Part shown: positions 28,063 through 37,433 of the stretch, piece after piece | How positions within the stretch are numbered: the stretch's first letter is position 1 | Layout of the letters: the number at the start of each line of letters is the position of its first letter | Assembly: GCA_045105515.1 (NCBI GenBank) | Contig: JBGCDR010000003.1 | Location: 1-45,646, forward strand | DNA: 45,646 bases | Direction: 5' to 3' | Source of the DNA: Oligoflexales bacterium | GTDB lineage: Bacteria; Bdellovibrionota_B; Oligoflexia; Oligoflexales; Bog-1112 | Program-made: the position numbers and the translations under genes | The notes under the pieces: generated by a model | Seen by the model: only the letters and a program-made list of their open reading frames with translations | Databases searched by the model: none | What the model was told of the DNA's origin: nothing

Positions 28063-29022
28063 ATGCATCAGCTTAAAGTTGAGTCCAATCAGGGCTTTAT
28101 TCCTATTCCAGAAGATCCCATAGACGCTGTATCTTTATCAGCAAGAACCAAAACTTTTTTATCTCGAAGTATAAAAAAAGACTCAAAATTAGCAGGGTTG
28201 TACCTAGCAATTCGCATGACAGACCTTACGACTCTGGAGGGCTGTGACAGTGTGCAAAAAATAAGGGCTTTGTGTACCAAAGCATTGCTTCCTGTTTCCC
28301 AAGCGCTTCAAGATAGCTTCCAAGTCGCAAGACCCGATCTTCCTCCAATTCCTCAAGTTGCCGCTGTTTGCGTGTACCCTAATTTTGTAGCTGATGCTAA
28401 AAAGATGTTAGCTGGAAGAGGGGTGAAGGTCGCATCAGTTGCGAGTGGTTTTCCTGCCGGTCAGGTGCCCATTGCGATTAAAGAATCTGATGTAAAAGCC
28501 GCTATTTTATCCGGTGCTGATGAAATCGATATGGTGATTGATCGGGGGGCTTTTTTGTCCGGTGATTATCAAAAAGTCTTTGATGAAATCCGTAGGCTCA
28601 AAGATTTATGTGGCAGCATACACTTAAAAGTGATTCTAGAAACAGGAGAGCTAGGCACTTATGATAATATCCGCCTAGCTTCTTGGATAGCTATGGAAGC
28701 TGGCGCTGACTTCATCAAAACATCCACTGGGAAGATAAGTCAGGCTGCAACCATGGAGTCTACCCTAGTAATGCTACAAGCAATTGCTGATTTCTATCGA
28801 GCGTATGGAAAAAAAGTAGGAATGAAGCCAGCAGGTGGAATCCGCACAGCTAAACAAGCCATACAATATTTGGTCATGCTTAAAGAAACCCTAGGTGGGG
28901 ACTGGCTTAATCCAGACTTGTTCCGCTTCGGTGCAAGCAGCCTTCTTAACGACATACTGAGGCAAATTTCTGCCCAAGTTTTTGGCCAGTATATTGATCA
29001 GGATCAATTTTCCGCAGATTAA
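28063..29022 (+). CDS. deoC: Deoxyribose-phosphate aldolase
   Basis: DLTTL, AAVCVYP, GADEIDMV, KVILETGEL, FIKTSTGK, KPAGG and RFGASSLL. Confidence 0.95.
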   Translation: MHQLKVESNQGFIPIPEDPIDAVSLSARTKTFLSRSIKKDSKLAGLYLAIRMTDLTTLEGCDSVQKIRALCTKALLPVSQALQDSFQVARPDLPPIPQVAAVCVYPNFVADAKKMLAGRGVKVASVASGFPAGQVPIAIKESDVKAAILSGADEIDMVIDRGAFLSGDYQKVFDEIRRLKDLCGSIHLKVILETGELGTYDNIRLASWIAMEAGADFIKTSTGKISQAATMESTLVMLQAIADFYRAYGKKVGMKPAGGIRTAKQAIQYLVMLKETLGGDWLNPDLFRFGASSLLNDILRQISAQVFGQYIDQDQFSAD

Positions 29023-29058
29023 CTTGGCTTGTTCAAGCCTCATTTTAGGGATTAAGGT

Positions 29059-30603
29059 ATGCTGACAAAACACGAAAGGGAGCAAGACAAGGCTCATGTT
29101 GCAGACGCTATTCTTTCCGATCAAAATAAAAAGTCCCAGGTGAATGGTCCAAATAAGCTGAATTTTGCCGACGATTATGCTCCAGCTTTGGAAAGTACCA
29201 ATATGGTCTCTATTAGTAGTCAGTATGAATTGTTTATTGATGGTAAGAAGCAAACTCCTCATAGCAAAACTTATTTTCCCACTATTAACCCTGCAACTGG
29301 TGAAGTCTTAGCAGAGCTTGCGGAGGCTGATCAAAACGATGTGGACAAAGCAGTCAAATCTGCACAGAGCGCATACGACAAGGTTTGGGCAAAAATGAGT
29401 CCCCTCAGGCGGGGAAGGTATTTATTCAGGATTGCTCGTATTCTTCAAGAGAGGGCCAAAGAGTTTGCAGTCCTAGAAACCTTGGATGGTGGTAAGCCCA
29501 TTAAAGAATCTAGAGACGTGGATATTCCTTTAGCTGCAGCGCATTTTTTTTACTATGCAGGTTGGGCTGATAAGTTGGAATATGCTTATCCGGGTAAATC
29601 TGTAAGATCCTTGGGGGTTTGTGGACAAATAATCCCCTGGAATTTTCCCTTACTAATGGCAGCTTGGAAGTTAGCTCCTGCATTAGCATGTGGCAATACA
29701 TGCGTCCTCAAACCTGCCGAGACTACCCCTTTGACTGCCATGCTGTTGACAGAAGTATTGCAAGAGGCAGAGCTGCCTCCCGGTGTGGTAAATGTGGTTT
29801 GTGGGGCAGGTGAAACGGGCTCGCATCTAATTCAGAATGGTGGGGTCGATAAGTTTGCTTTTACTGGTTCCACTGAGGTTGGGAAAGCGATCGCCAGAAG
29901 CTTAGCTGCGAGAGGCACCAAACTTAGCTTAGAATTGGGTGGTAAATCAGCTCACATTATATTTAGGGATGCTGCTATTGATCAGGCAGTTGAAGGAGTT
30001 ATAAATGGCATTTACTTTAACCAAGGCCATGTTTGTTCTGCCGGTTCCCGTTTGCTAGTAGAAGAATCGATCGCAGAGCTCTTTATAGAGAAGCTAAAAA
30101 CACGCATGCAGCAATTACGGGTTGGCAATCCCCTCGATAAAAATACTGATATTGGCGCCATAAATTCTAAAGCTCAATGGGAGAGGATCCAAGCTTTGAT
30201 TGCTCTTGGCAAGAAGGAACCAGGGTCATTTTTTCAACTTGGTACCAAGCTTCCCGATAAGGGTTACTTCATAGCCCCATGTTTTTTTGCAGATCAAAGT
30301 TCTTCAAACTCTTTAAGTCAGATTGAGGTATTTGGTCCTGTCCTTAGCATCATGACTTTTAGAACTCCCGAAGAAGCTATTTCAAAGGCAAATAATAGTA
30401 AATACGCGCTTGCTGCTGGTATTTGGTCGGCAAAGGGTGACAAAGTTAGAAAAGTTGCTTCGCAGCTTGATGCTGGAGTGATCTGGATCAATACCTATAA
30501 CAAATTCGACCCCAGTGCCCCTTTTGGAGGTTTTAAAGAGAGTGGTTATGGACGTGAAGGGGGGCTTCAGGGCCTTTACCCATATCTGGAGGTAATGCAT
30601 TGA
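29059..30603 (+). CDS. Aldehyde dehydrogenase (catalytic), probably acting on acetaldehyde from DeoC
   Basis: IIPWNFP, KPAETT, FTGSTEVG, LELGGK (Glu), GHVCSAG (Cys) and PFGGFKESG. Confidence 0.93.
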   Translation: MLTKHEREQDKAHVADAILSDQNKKSQVNGPNKLNFADDYAPALESTNMVSISSQYELFIDGKKQTPHSKTYFPTINPATGEVLAELAEADQNDVDKAVKSAQSAYDKVWAKMSPLRRGRYLFRIARILQERAKEFAVLETLDGGKPIKESRDVDIPLAAAHFFYYAGWADKLEYAYPGKSVRSLGVCGQIIPWNFPLLMAAWKLAPALACGNTCVLKPAETTPLTAMLLTEVLQEAELPPGVVNVVCGAGETGSHLIQNGGVDKFAFTGSTEVGKAIARSLAARGTKLSLELGGKSAHIIFRDAAIDQAVEGVINGIYFNQGHVCSAGSRLLVEESIAELFIEKLKTRMQQLRVGNPLDKNTDIGAINSKAQWERIQALIALGKKEPGSFFQLGTKLPDKGYFIAPCFFADQSSSNSLSQIEVFGPVLSIMTFRTPEEAISKANNSKYALAAGIWSAKGDKVRKVASQLDAGVIWINTYNKFDPSAPFGGFKESGYGREGGLQGLYPYLEVMH

Positions 30604-31427
30604 AAGTCACAAAAACAGTCAAATTGTTTATGGGTGGTGCCTTTGTCCGTTCGGAGTCTGGGCGGAGTCTTGTGCTTAAAGGAACCAACGGTGCTGATAC
30701 AAGAATATGCATGGCCTCGCGGAAGGATTTTCGTAACAGTGTGGATCGGGCTAAGAAAGGCTTAAAGTCATGGCAGAAATTGACTCCCTATAATCGTAGC
30801 CAAATTTTGTACCGAATGGCAGAAATGTTAGAAGGAAAGCGTCAGGAGTTTTTTGAGATTGTCAGAATTCATGATGTTGACTCTAATAAGGCCCAATCTG
30901 ATATAGAACAGGCTATTGAATTGTTAGTTTATTACGCTGGGTTTTGTGATAAGTTTCAACAACTTGGTGGAACCGTCAATGCTGTAAATGGCCCTTACCA
31001 GAACGTTTCTACTCCGGAGGCTTTGGGGGTCTGTGGGGTCTTAACTGCTGCAGATTCGACAATGTCTGAGCTTTGCGGGTGTATAGCGGCATTACTTGCT
31101 GGGGGAAATAGTCTAATTTGCCTACTTGGTCCGTCCCTTTCTCCAATCCTGTCTGTTTTGGGTGAGGTATTTCACACCTCAGATTTACCAGCTGGTGCTG
31201 TGAACCTATTGAGTGGGCAAACTGACGAACTGAGCGAGGTTATTGCAGGTCATCGGGAGCTGCGAGCAATTGCATGCCTTGAGAAAGGGAAGCAAATTGG
31301 AATCAAAATGCGTGAACTTGCGGCAGATAACCTCAAGCAGGTTCTTCCTTATCACAATACTAGGTCCCTTGAAAATATTCTCAACTATGTGGCGTATAAA
31401 TCTGTCTGGCATCCGCAAGGATATTAG
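30600..31427 (+). CDS. Short aldehyde dehydrogenase-family protein lacking the catalytic domain
   Basis: KLFMGGAFVRSESGR, RSQILYRMAEMLE, YYAGFCDK and SDLPAGAVNLLSG. No ELGGK and no catalytic Cys domain. Overlaps the upstream stop by 4 nt. Confidence 0.85.
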   Translation: MKVTKTVKLFMGGAFVRSESGRSLVLKGTNGADTRICMASRKDFRNSVDRAKKGLKSWQKLTPYNRSQILYRMAEMLEGKRQEFFEIVRIHDVDSNKAQSDIEQAIELLVYYAGFCDKFQQLGGTVNAVNGPYQNVSTPEALGVCGVLTAADSTMSELCGCIAALLAGGNSLICLLGPSLSPILSVLGEVFHTSDLPAGAVNLLSGQTDELSEVIAGHRELRAIACLEKGKQIGIKMRELAADNLKQVLPYHNTRSLENILNYVAYKSVWHPQGY

Positions 31428-31444
31428 CCTTAGGGAGGAGTGAA

Positions 31445-32146
31445 GTGAGCATACACATTGGAGCGAAGCCCGGTGATATTGCTGAAACGGTCTTTATTTC
31501 TGGAGATCCATTGCGGGCTAAGTATATGGCCAACAAGTACCTCACCGAGGTTAATTGCTATAACGAAGTGCGTGGTATGTTTGGATACACAGGGAATTGT
31601 CAAGGTAAGCGTGTTTCCTTTCAGGGAACCGGAATGGGAATTCCGTCAACCGCAATCTATGTAAATGAGCTGATTCAGGATTATCAAGTTAAAACTATCG
31701 TCCGTATTGGTTCTTGCGGGTCGTTGCAGCCGCAGGTAAAGATCTACGACTTAATTATTGCTATGAGCGCTTCTACCGATTCTTCGATTAACAAACAGCT
31801 TTTCCAGGGAATGGACTTTGCACCCTGTGCTGATTTTAAACTTTTGCATAAAGCCTATAGTTTTGCTGAGCAGCAAAACTATCCAGTTAAAGTTGGGAAC
31901 ATACTATCGACTGATGTTTTCTATGGTGAGGACCCTGAGGCATGGAAACTATGGTCCTGTTTTGGAGTATTGGCCGTGGAAATGGAGGCCAATTGCTTAT
32001 ATACTCTCGCCGCAAAGCATGGGGTTCAAGCTTTGACTTTGTTGACAGTGAGTGACAGTTTGGTGACCAAAGAAGCTATTAGTTCTAGCGAGCGGGAGCA
32101 ATCCTTTGACCAAATGCTACAAACTGCATTGTCTTTGTTAGCTTGA
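31445..32146 (+). CDS. deoD: Purine nucleoside phosphorylase DeoD
   Basis: SIHI, GDPLRA, GTGMGIPS, RIGSCG, VEME and TVSD. GTG start with a GGAGG RBS. Confidence 0.96.
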   Translation: MSIHIGAKPGDIAETVFISGDPLRAKYMANKYLTEVNCYNEVRGMFGYTGNCQGKRVSFQGTGMGIPSTAIYVNELIQDYQVKTIVRIGSCGSLQPQVKIYDLIIAMSASTDSSINKQLFQGMDFAPCADFKLLHKAYSFAEQQNYPVKVGNILSTDVFYGEDPEAWKLWSCFGVLAVEMEANCLYTLAAKHGVQALTLLTVSDSLVTKEAISSSEREQSFDQMLQTALSLLA

Positions 32147-32160
32147 TTAGCCTGTATTTT

Positions 32161-32313
32161 GAGAAATCTCGGCATTGCTCGAGATGACAAAGAAGTCACC
32201 TCGGTTGCCCATAATGCCACCTCGGTTGTCCATAATGTCACCTCGACTTTAATGGAGAGGTCTCATTGATAATTATAGAGGTCCCTAGGCTCACCCAAGT
32301 TGTCCGAGATGAC
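32161..32313. repeat. REP-like palindromic element cluster with a 21-bp tandem repeat
   Basis: GYCACCTCGGTTGYCCATAAT occurs twice (32195-32236), followed by a third GTCACCTCGAC copy. CGAGATGAC half-sites end at 32188 and 32313 and are complementary (one mismatch) to GTCACCTCG. Confidence 0.7.
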
Positions 32314-32345
32314 TAAAACTAAAGAGGAAAAAAACAGACTTACAA

Positions 32346-32367
32346 AGGTGGGTTACTTGAAAGCCCA
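32346..32367 (-). terminator. Possible intrinsic terminator after the FKBP gene
   Basis: GTGGG...CCCAC stem followed by CTTTG on the - strand. The U-tract is weak. Confidence 0.35.
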
Positions 32368-32368
32368 C

Positions 32369-33106
32369 TTACTTTTTCTTTGGGGCTGGCTTAGCAGCAG
32401 GAGTCTCTGGCTTTTTGTCTTTCATGATTTCTACTAACTCAACGGTGAAGTTGAGGACAGAGTTTGCAGGAATGCCTGGTCTTCCGCGGCTACCGTAGGC
32501 AAGGTCACTTGGAATGGTTAATTCCCATTTTGCACCAGGCTTCATTAACTTAAGTGCTTCAGTCCAACCAGCTATCACACCACCTACTGGGAATACTGCA
32601 GGCTCATTGCGCTTGTAAGAGCTATCAAACTCAGAACCATCGATCAAAGTTCCGCGATAATGGACTTTTACCTTTGACTCTGCTTTAGGAGAGTCACCCT
32701 TTCCAGCTGTAATCACCTTATACTGGAGGCCACTCTTAGTAGATTTTACCCCAGATTTTTTCTTGTTTTCTTCTAGGTATTTTGCACCTACTTCCTTATT
32801 TTTTTCAGCTTGTTCAGCCATTTTTTTCTGCATATCTTCTTGCAGTTTTGTAAGCGCTGTTTGAATCTCTTGGTCTGACAAGCGGCTAGGTCGGCCTTCA
32901 AGGACATCTTTAATAGAGCCAGCCATGATATCTACATTTACTGCTACTCCCTGGCTTTTTAGGCCACGACCAATCTGCTGGCCAATTCCATAGCTAGCTT
33001 TCTCAGCATCTGTCTTAAGAGGAGCACCTTTGCCTTCTGCTAAAACTTGGCTAGAAGTTCCTAAAACAGCTGCGCTTACCAAAATTGCCTTAATTGTTTG
33101 ACTCAT
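32369..33106 (-). CDS. fkpA: FKBP-type peptidyl-prolyl isomerase (FkpA/Mip-like), exported
   Basis: Signal peptide, ASYGIGQQIG dimerisation domain, SGLQYKV, VHYRGTL, FDSSY, VIAGWTEAL and LAYG. Confidence 0.93.
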   Translation of the reverse strand: MSQTIKAILVSAAVLGTSSQVLAEGKGAPLKTDAEKASYGIGQQIGRGLKSQGVAVNVDIMAGSIKDVLEGRPSRLSDQEIQTALTKLQEDMQKKMAEQAEKNKEVGAKYLEENKKKSGVKSTKSGLQYKVITAGKGDSPKAESKVKVHYRGTLIDGSEFDSSYKRNEPAVFPVGGVIAGWTEALKLMKPGAKWELTIPSDLAYGSRGRPGIPANSVLNFTVELVEIMKDKKPETPAAKPAPKKK

Positions 33107-33366
33107 CGTCTGTAATCCTAGCGATTAGGGTTTATTGAACTTAGCACAGTAGCCAAATGCTAATTATCAGGCGAGCTGCACCAAAACAGGACTCCCAAAT
33201 CTAAAATGAATTAGCTGCAATGACAAGTTTTATGGCAAGTTACGCTCTTGGCAAGGTCCAAGTATGTGGCAAAGTAATGTTTGGGTAATGTAAATATTGC
33301 CTCTTGAGAGGAAGATTTCTATTGTAAAAATATAGTTAATTTAGATAGTTAAATGACTTTTGATCT

Positions 33367-33398
33367 TGAATATGAAAATACTTCTCATTTTCATTGAA
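33367..33398. promoter_or_regulatory. Fur-box-like operator upstream of bfd
   Basis: TGAAAAT-A-CTTCTCA (33373-33387) against the 7-1-7 consensus TGATAAT-N-ATTATCA, with an overlapping ATGAAAAT-N7-ATTTTCAT palindrome. It precedes an iron-related gene. Confidence 0.6.
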
Positions 33399-33449
33399 AA
33401 GTGTCCGATAAAGAAGATACAATTGGGGAGTAGGTAAAGGAGCCCTCTC

Positions 33450-33671
33450 ATGTACGTATGTCTTTGCAATGCAGTATCAGATAAACAAATTAAAAAAGCT
33501 ATTTCCGATGGTGCTTCAAGCGTTGAAGAGGTGCAACAAGTCTCCAATGTTGGGAAAAATTGTGGGTCCTGTATTTTTGCTGTGCAAGAAATCATAGATC
33601 GCGAAGTCGGCGAAAAGAAAGAGAATTCCGAACCAAAAGCTAAGATAAACTCAGCTATTGAGAAATTATAG
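33450..33671 (+). CDS. bfd: Bacterioferritin-associated ferredoxin
   Basis: MYVCLCNAVSD...CGSC, with an AAGGAG RBS. Confidence 0.93.
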   Translation: MYVCLCNAVSDKQIKKAISDGASSVEEVQQVSNVGKNCGSCIFAVQEIIDREVGEKKENSEPKAKINSAIEKL

Positions 33672-33682
33672 ACTCACTAAGT

Positions 33683-34153
33683 TTAACCGTGCATTTGCTG
33701 GGATAGGTAGTTTTCATAACCCATCTCTTTTATCATTCCAAGTTGCGCTTCGATCCAATCAACATGCTCTTCTTCACTGACTAAAATATGCTCTAGCAAC
33801 TCTCTGGACGCATGGTCGTGAGCTTGATAACAGGCTTCAATAGCAGGCCTTAGTCTAGCAATAGCTTCTTCTTCTAGTTTGAGATCTGATTCAAGCTGTT
33901 CTTTAATATTTTCTCCAATGTTGAGTTTACCTAGTTCTTGAAAATTAGGAACCCCTTCTAAGAGTAAAATACGGTCGGTCAGATCGCTTGCATGTTTCAT
34001 CTCATCTATGGATTCAGCATGCATTTTTGCAGCTATTTTTTCATAGCCCCAATTTTTACACATACGAGCATGTAAGAAATATTGGTTAATAGCAGTGAGT
34101 TCACCCATTAAAACTTCATTTAGAAGTTTAATGACATTAGCATCGCCTTTCAT
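33683..34153 (-). CDS. bfr: Bacterioferritin
   Basis: [24 protein letters not shown] (heme Met) and EEEHVDW. Confidence 0.97.
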   Translation of the reverse strand: MKGDANVIKLLNEVLMGELTAINQYFLHARMCKNWGYEKIAAKMHAESIDEMKHASDLTDRILLLEGVPNFQELGKLNIGENIKEQLESDLKLEEEAIARLRPAIEACYQAHDHASRELLEHILVSEEEHVDWIEAQLGMIKEMGYENYLSQQMHG

Positions 34154-34169
34154 ATGTCTGCCCCTAAAA

Positions 34170-35945
34170 TTAAGTCTGTGATTCAGAAAATAGTTCTTGT
34201 GAAGAAATAAAAAAGCTATTGTTTGCCTGTTTTCCTTTCTTCAAAGAAAGCATCCAGAGGGTTGCTTTACATAAATATGCTTCTTCTCTGTTTAAAGGTT
34301 TAAATTGAGATTGAGAAACTTTTTCATGTAATTTTTCTAGAAACTTTCTTCCCGATTCCGATTTATATAACCACGGTTCCCAGTCTTCTGCAAGGCGAAT
34401 TGGTTCATGTGGAAGTGAACCAACAATTGGAAACACGTAAAATTCACTAGCTTGGTGATTCCCGACAATCATGATTCCATTTTCTTGCAGAAGGTTACGA
34501 ATTCCTTGTATTTGTTTGATTGGAGCCAATTTTTTTGAATAAAGAAAGTTGTGCCAGTTTGTTTTGCGCCAGTCCGAATTGTAAATCGACTTCAAGCTTA
34601 ACAATGAGTGAACAGATTTTTTAAGCTTATGATTAATAGATCCATCGAACAATGACACTAATAGATCAAGCATATGACTTTTAATTTCGAAGCCTTGTCT
34701 TGAACATGAAACTGAAAAAATCTCCGCTATCGTTGTAAGTAGCTGATTGGCCTCTTTCTTGTCGACCACTGGTCCGAAAGCATATAGGGTTTTTTCATGG
34801 ATGCTTCCAACTTTTACCTGGATATTGCCGTCTTCAAGTTCTATCAAACAGATCGCATAGACAGTCCGCATATGCCAATTATATGCTTCGACCCGAACAT
34901 TATGCTCAGCGTGGTACCTAGCTTCGGCCAGCATTGACATATAAATGTGGGGGTGGGTTTCGAATTCAAGACGGTAGGCCTTTAAAAGAGTCCGAAGCAG
35001 TTGCCTGGGGAGGCTGCTTAATTGTTCAAGAGCACTGAAAACCTTAGAGCAATTAAAGGCACTAGTAAAAAATAGCTTTGCTCCTTCTCTATTATAAAAA
35101 CTAAGCACTCCAGATTCTGTGGGGAGATTCTTAAGGTCTTGTTTATCAATACCCCAACCCAAGCGAATTCCTGATTCTAAATCACCCTGAAAACGAATTG
35201 CATCAATAATATGAATGATGCCTGTTTTATCGAGCCTTACTAAAAGCTCAGCAAATAAGTCCTTTGTAAGATAAGAATCTGCTTCAGCTCGATGGGCCTC
35301 TCCACTACCCAGTTCAAGGAATTTTGCAAGCCCCTGAAGGGATTTATCTTTTGATTCAGGGATAAGCTTTTCAGTTAAGAGGTGGGTACACAGAAAGAAA
35401 TTTCGGAGATTATGTCCACACGCTTTCAAGGCAAAATAGCGAAGAAATTTTAGATCCCCAATAGTATTGTGACTCACCAATATATCTTCACCAACGAAAT
35501 CTAGTATGCCAGGCATAACCTCTTTGATAACAGGAGCTTTACGCACCATTTTGTTGTTTATTCCTGTCATTCTCCGGACGATGGGTGGAATGGAAACCTT
35601 AGGATTTACCATGGAGTAAAATTTATCTAAAATTTCACCATTTCTATATTTAATAGCGCAAATCTCGGTAATACCATTCTTTTCCGGATTACCACCGGTC
35701 GTCTCGATATCGAATACGATGTAAGTAGCGTCTTTTAAAGGCTGTTCTACCTTAGTACTCAATATTTTTAGATCTTTTTCGATCGGGATAAAATCTGTAT
35801 CGAATTTGCGGGACGACTTTCCCGACTTCGATCCCTTTTTGCCCTTTGGGTTATAAGGTTCGTTTTGATTTTTCACCACTAGGTGCAACCTTTCCTTCTC
35901 TTGAGCTAATTTCTGCAGTGGTAGACGCACTTTCCATTTTTCCAA
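34170..35945 (-). CDS. DEDDh 3'-5' exonuclease (DnaQ/PolC-type) fused to a degenerate GIY-YIG/UvrC-like region
   Basis: [15 protein letters not shown] and AHRAEAD, followed by [15 protein letters not shown]. Start is uncertain (overlaps the upstream gene by 40 nt). Confidence 0.8.
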   Translation of the reverse strand: MEKWKVRLPLQKLAQEKERLHLVVKNQNEPYNPKGKKGSKSGKSSRKFDTDFIPIEKDLKILSTKVEQPLKDATYIVFDIETTGGNPEKNGITEICAIKYRNGEILDKFYSMVNPKVSIPPIVRRMTGINNKMVRKAPVIKEVMPGILDFVGEDILVSHNTIGDLKFLRYFALKACGHNLRNFFLCTHLLTEKLIPESKDKSLQGLAKFLELGSGEAHRAEADSYLTKDLFAELLVRLDKTGIIHIIDAIRFQGDLESGIRLGWGIDKQDLKNLPTESGVLSFYNREGAKLFFTSAFNCSKVFSALEQLSSLPRQLLRTLLKAYRLEFETHPHIYMSMLAEARYHAEHNVRVEAYNWHMRTVYAICLIELEDGNIQVKVGSIHEKTLYAFGPVVDKKEANQLLTTIAEIFSVSCSRQGFEIKSHMLDLLVSLFDGSINHKLKKSVHSLLSLKSIYNSDWRKTNWHNFLYSKKLAPIKQIQGIRNLLQENGIMIVGNHQASEFYVFPIVGSLPHEPIRLAEDWEPWLYKSESGRKFLEKLHEKVSQSQFKPLNREEAYLCKATLWMLSLKKGKQANNSFFISSQELFSESQT

Positions 35946-37255
35946 GTCGCAATAACTTTTGCTTTCATCTTAGTCCCTAAATAAGGAGACCAATCACATT
36001 TCGCTTCAATATCGGTCTCTTTTAAGACATAGTCGCCAGGCTCAATCCATACAAAGTGAGCTGCGTAACCAGGCTCTATTTTGCCCGCATTTTTAAAGCC
36101 AAACAAGTGGGCTGGCTTGGAGCATGCCATTGCAAGAAGCTTATTTACAGGTGTATCACAGACCCATGCAGCTTTGTAAAGCAGGGGCCAATAAAATTCG
36201 ATAGCTGGAATCCCTGATGGGCATTGGCCATAGGATTTAGCTTTTTCTTCCTTGGTGTGTGGAGCGTGGTCTGTAGCAAAACAGTCGATCATCCCTTTTG
36301 CCATATAAGTCCTTAGTTTCGCTACTTCTTCTTTGCTCCTCACCGGAGGATTTACCTTAATAAACGCACCTTTTTCCGCGTAATCATCGCTGGTAATGAG
36401 CAGGTGGTGTGGGCTTACCTCGGTGCTTATGGGAACTCCAAGGTTTTTGGCTTCCTGGACCAGCTCAATTTCTAGTGGCGTACTTACATGGGCGAGGTGG
36501 AATGGTCGGCGATTTTTTATGGACCATGCGATGATCTGTTTGGTTGAAATCCAGGCAGAACGGCTATCCCTGATCTCGCTGTGGATTCGGTAGCTGGCGG
36601 GCGTTGTATCATGTTCGCTGTCCATGTGCAAGTTACTTGAACGCTCATCAATCCGACATTGATCCTCTGAATGAAATACCAAGCAGCCCTGGCAGTCAGA
36701 TGGAAGAGATTTTGAGAGCAGTTCAAGGTCGCTGAACATAAGGTTACCTGTTGATTGGCCATAATAGACTTTGATGCCCGCCAAGGGTAAGGATGAATCA
36801 GTCAATAGCCCTTTAATTTTGCCGATGTTGTCTTGCCCAACTCCAAGGAGAAATTGATAGTCGAGTCCTGACTTCTTAGCTATTTCAGCCTTTTCCAAGA
36901 CCTCGTCTTTTCCCATCATGGGAGGGAAGGTGTTGGGCATGTCAATGAGGCCGACGACACCCCCTTTAAATGCAGACTGTCCAAGAGTCTGCCAATCCTC
37001 TTTATGGGTGTAGCCTGGATCACGGCTATGGACATGCACATCGATTCCACCTGGAACTAAAATGCTCCCACCTGCATCAACCTCGCCGCTAAAATCTTCT
37101 CCTGGACCATGTTCAGCCAATTGCTTCAGATTTTTAGCCTGAGATTTGCAGGGTATTAATGCTTCTTGTGGGATAACGGAAGTGAAGTGTCCGTTTTCAA
37201 TATAGAGGCTCACAAAGCCTCCTCCTTCAAGACGAGCATTTTTAATAATCAGCAT
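35906..37255 (-). CDS. pyrC: Dihydroorotase-family amidohydrolase
   Basis: DVHVHSRDPG, DMPNT, KVYYGQSTG, HSED, EVSPHHL, KVNPPVR and ATDHAPH. Confidence 0.85.
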   Translation of the reverse strand: MLIIKNARLEGGGFVSLYIENGHFTSVIPQEALIPCKSQAKNLKQLAEHGPGEDFSGEVDAGGSILVPGGIDVHVHSRDPGYTHKEDWQTLGQSAFKGGVVGLIDMPNTFPPMMGKDEVLEKAEIAKKSGLDYQFLLGVGQDNIGKIKGLLTDSSLPLAGIKVYYGQSTGNLMFSDLELLSKSLPSDCQGCLVFHSEDQCRIDERSSNLHMDSEHDTTPASYRIHSEIRDSRSAWISTKQIIAWSIKNRRPFHLAHVSTPLEIELVQEAKNLGVPISTEVSPHHLLITSDDYAEKGAFIKVNPPVRSKEEVAKLRTYMAKGMIDCFATDHAPHTKEEKAKSYGQCPSGIPAIEFYWPLLYKAAWVCDTPVNKLLAMACSKPAHLFGFKNAGKIEPGYAAHFVWIEPGDYVLKETDIEAKCDWSPYLGTKMKAKVIATWKNGKCVYHCRN

Positions 37256-37433
37256 GGGTACTCCCTTTTAAGTCATGCCTTTGGGGCGGTTTTTTTGGCG
37301 AGTATTCAACTGGCTTAAACTTTCTCCGGTTTTTTAGCCGTTTCACATGCTTTATCCCATGAAAATCAAAAATGCTCCATTGTGAACTTGGGTTTCTTAT
37401 GGGATGCTATAAGTACAAGAATCCAAGTCAGTC

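Noticed and set aside
32195..32253. Possible CRISPR array
   Set aside because: The units are 21-bp tandem copies with no unique spacers, and there are no cas genes.
33230..33280. Three TGGCAA words as sigma54 promoters
   Set aside because: None has the GG-N10-GC spacing. They could be operator half-sites, but nothing supports that.
33385..33411. Sigma28-like TCCGATAA upstream of bfd
   Set aside because: The -35 position reads TCAT and overlaps the Fur-like box, which is too weak to call.
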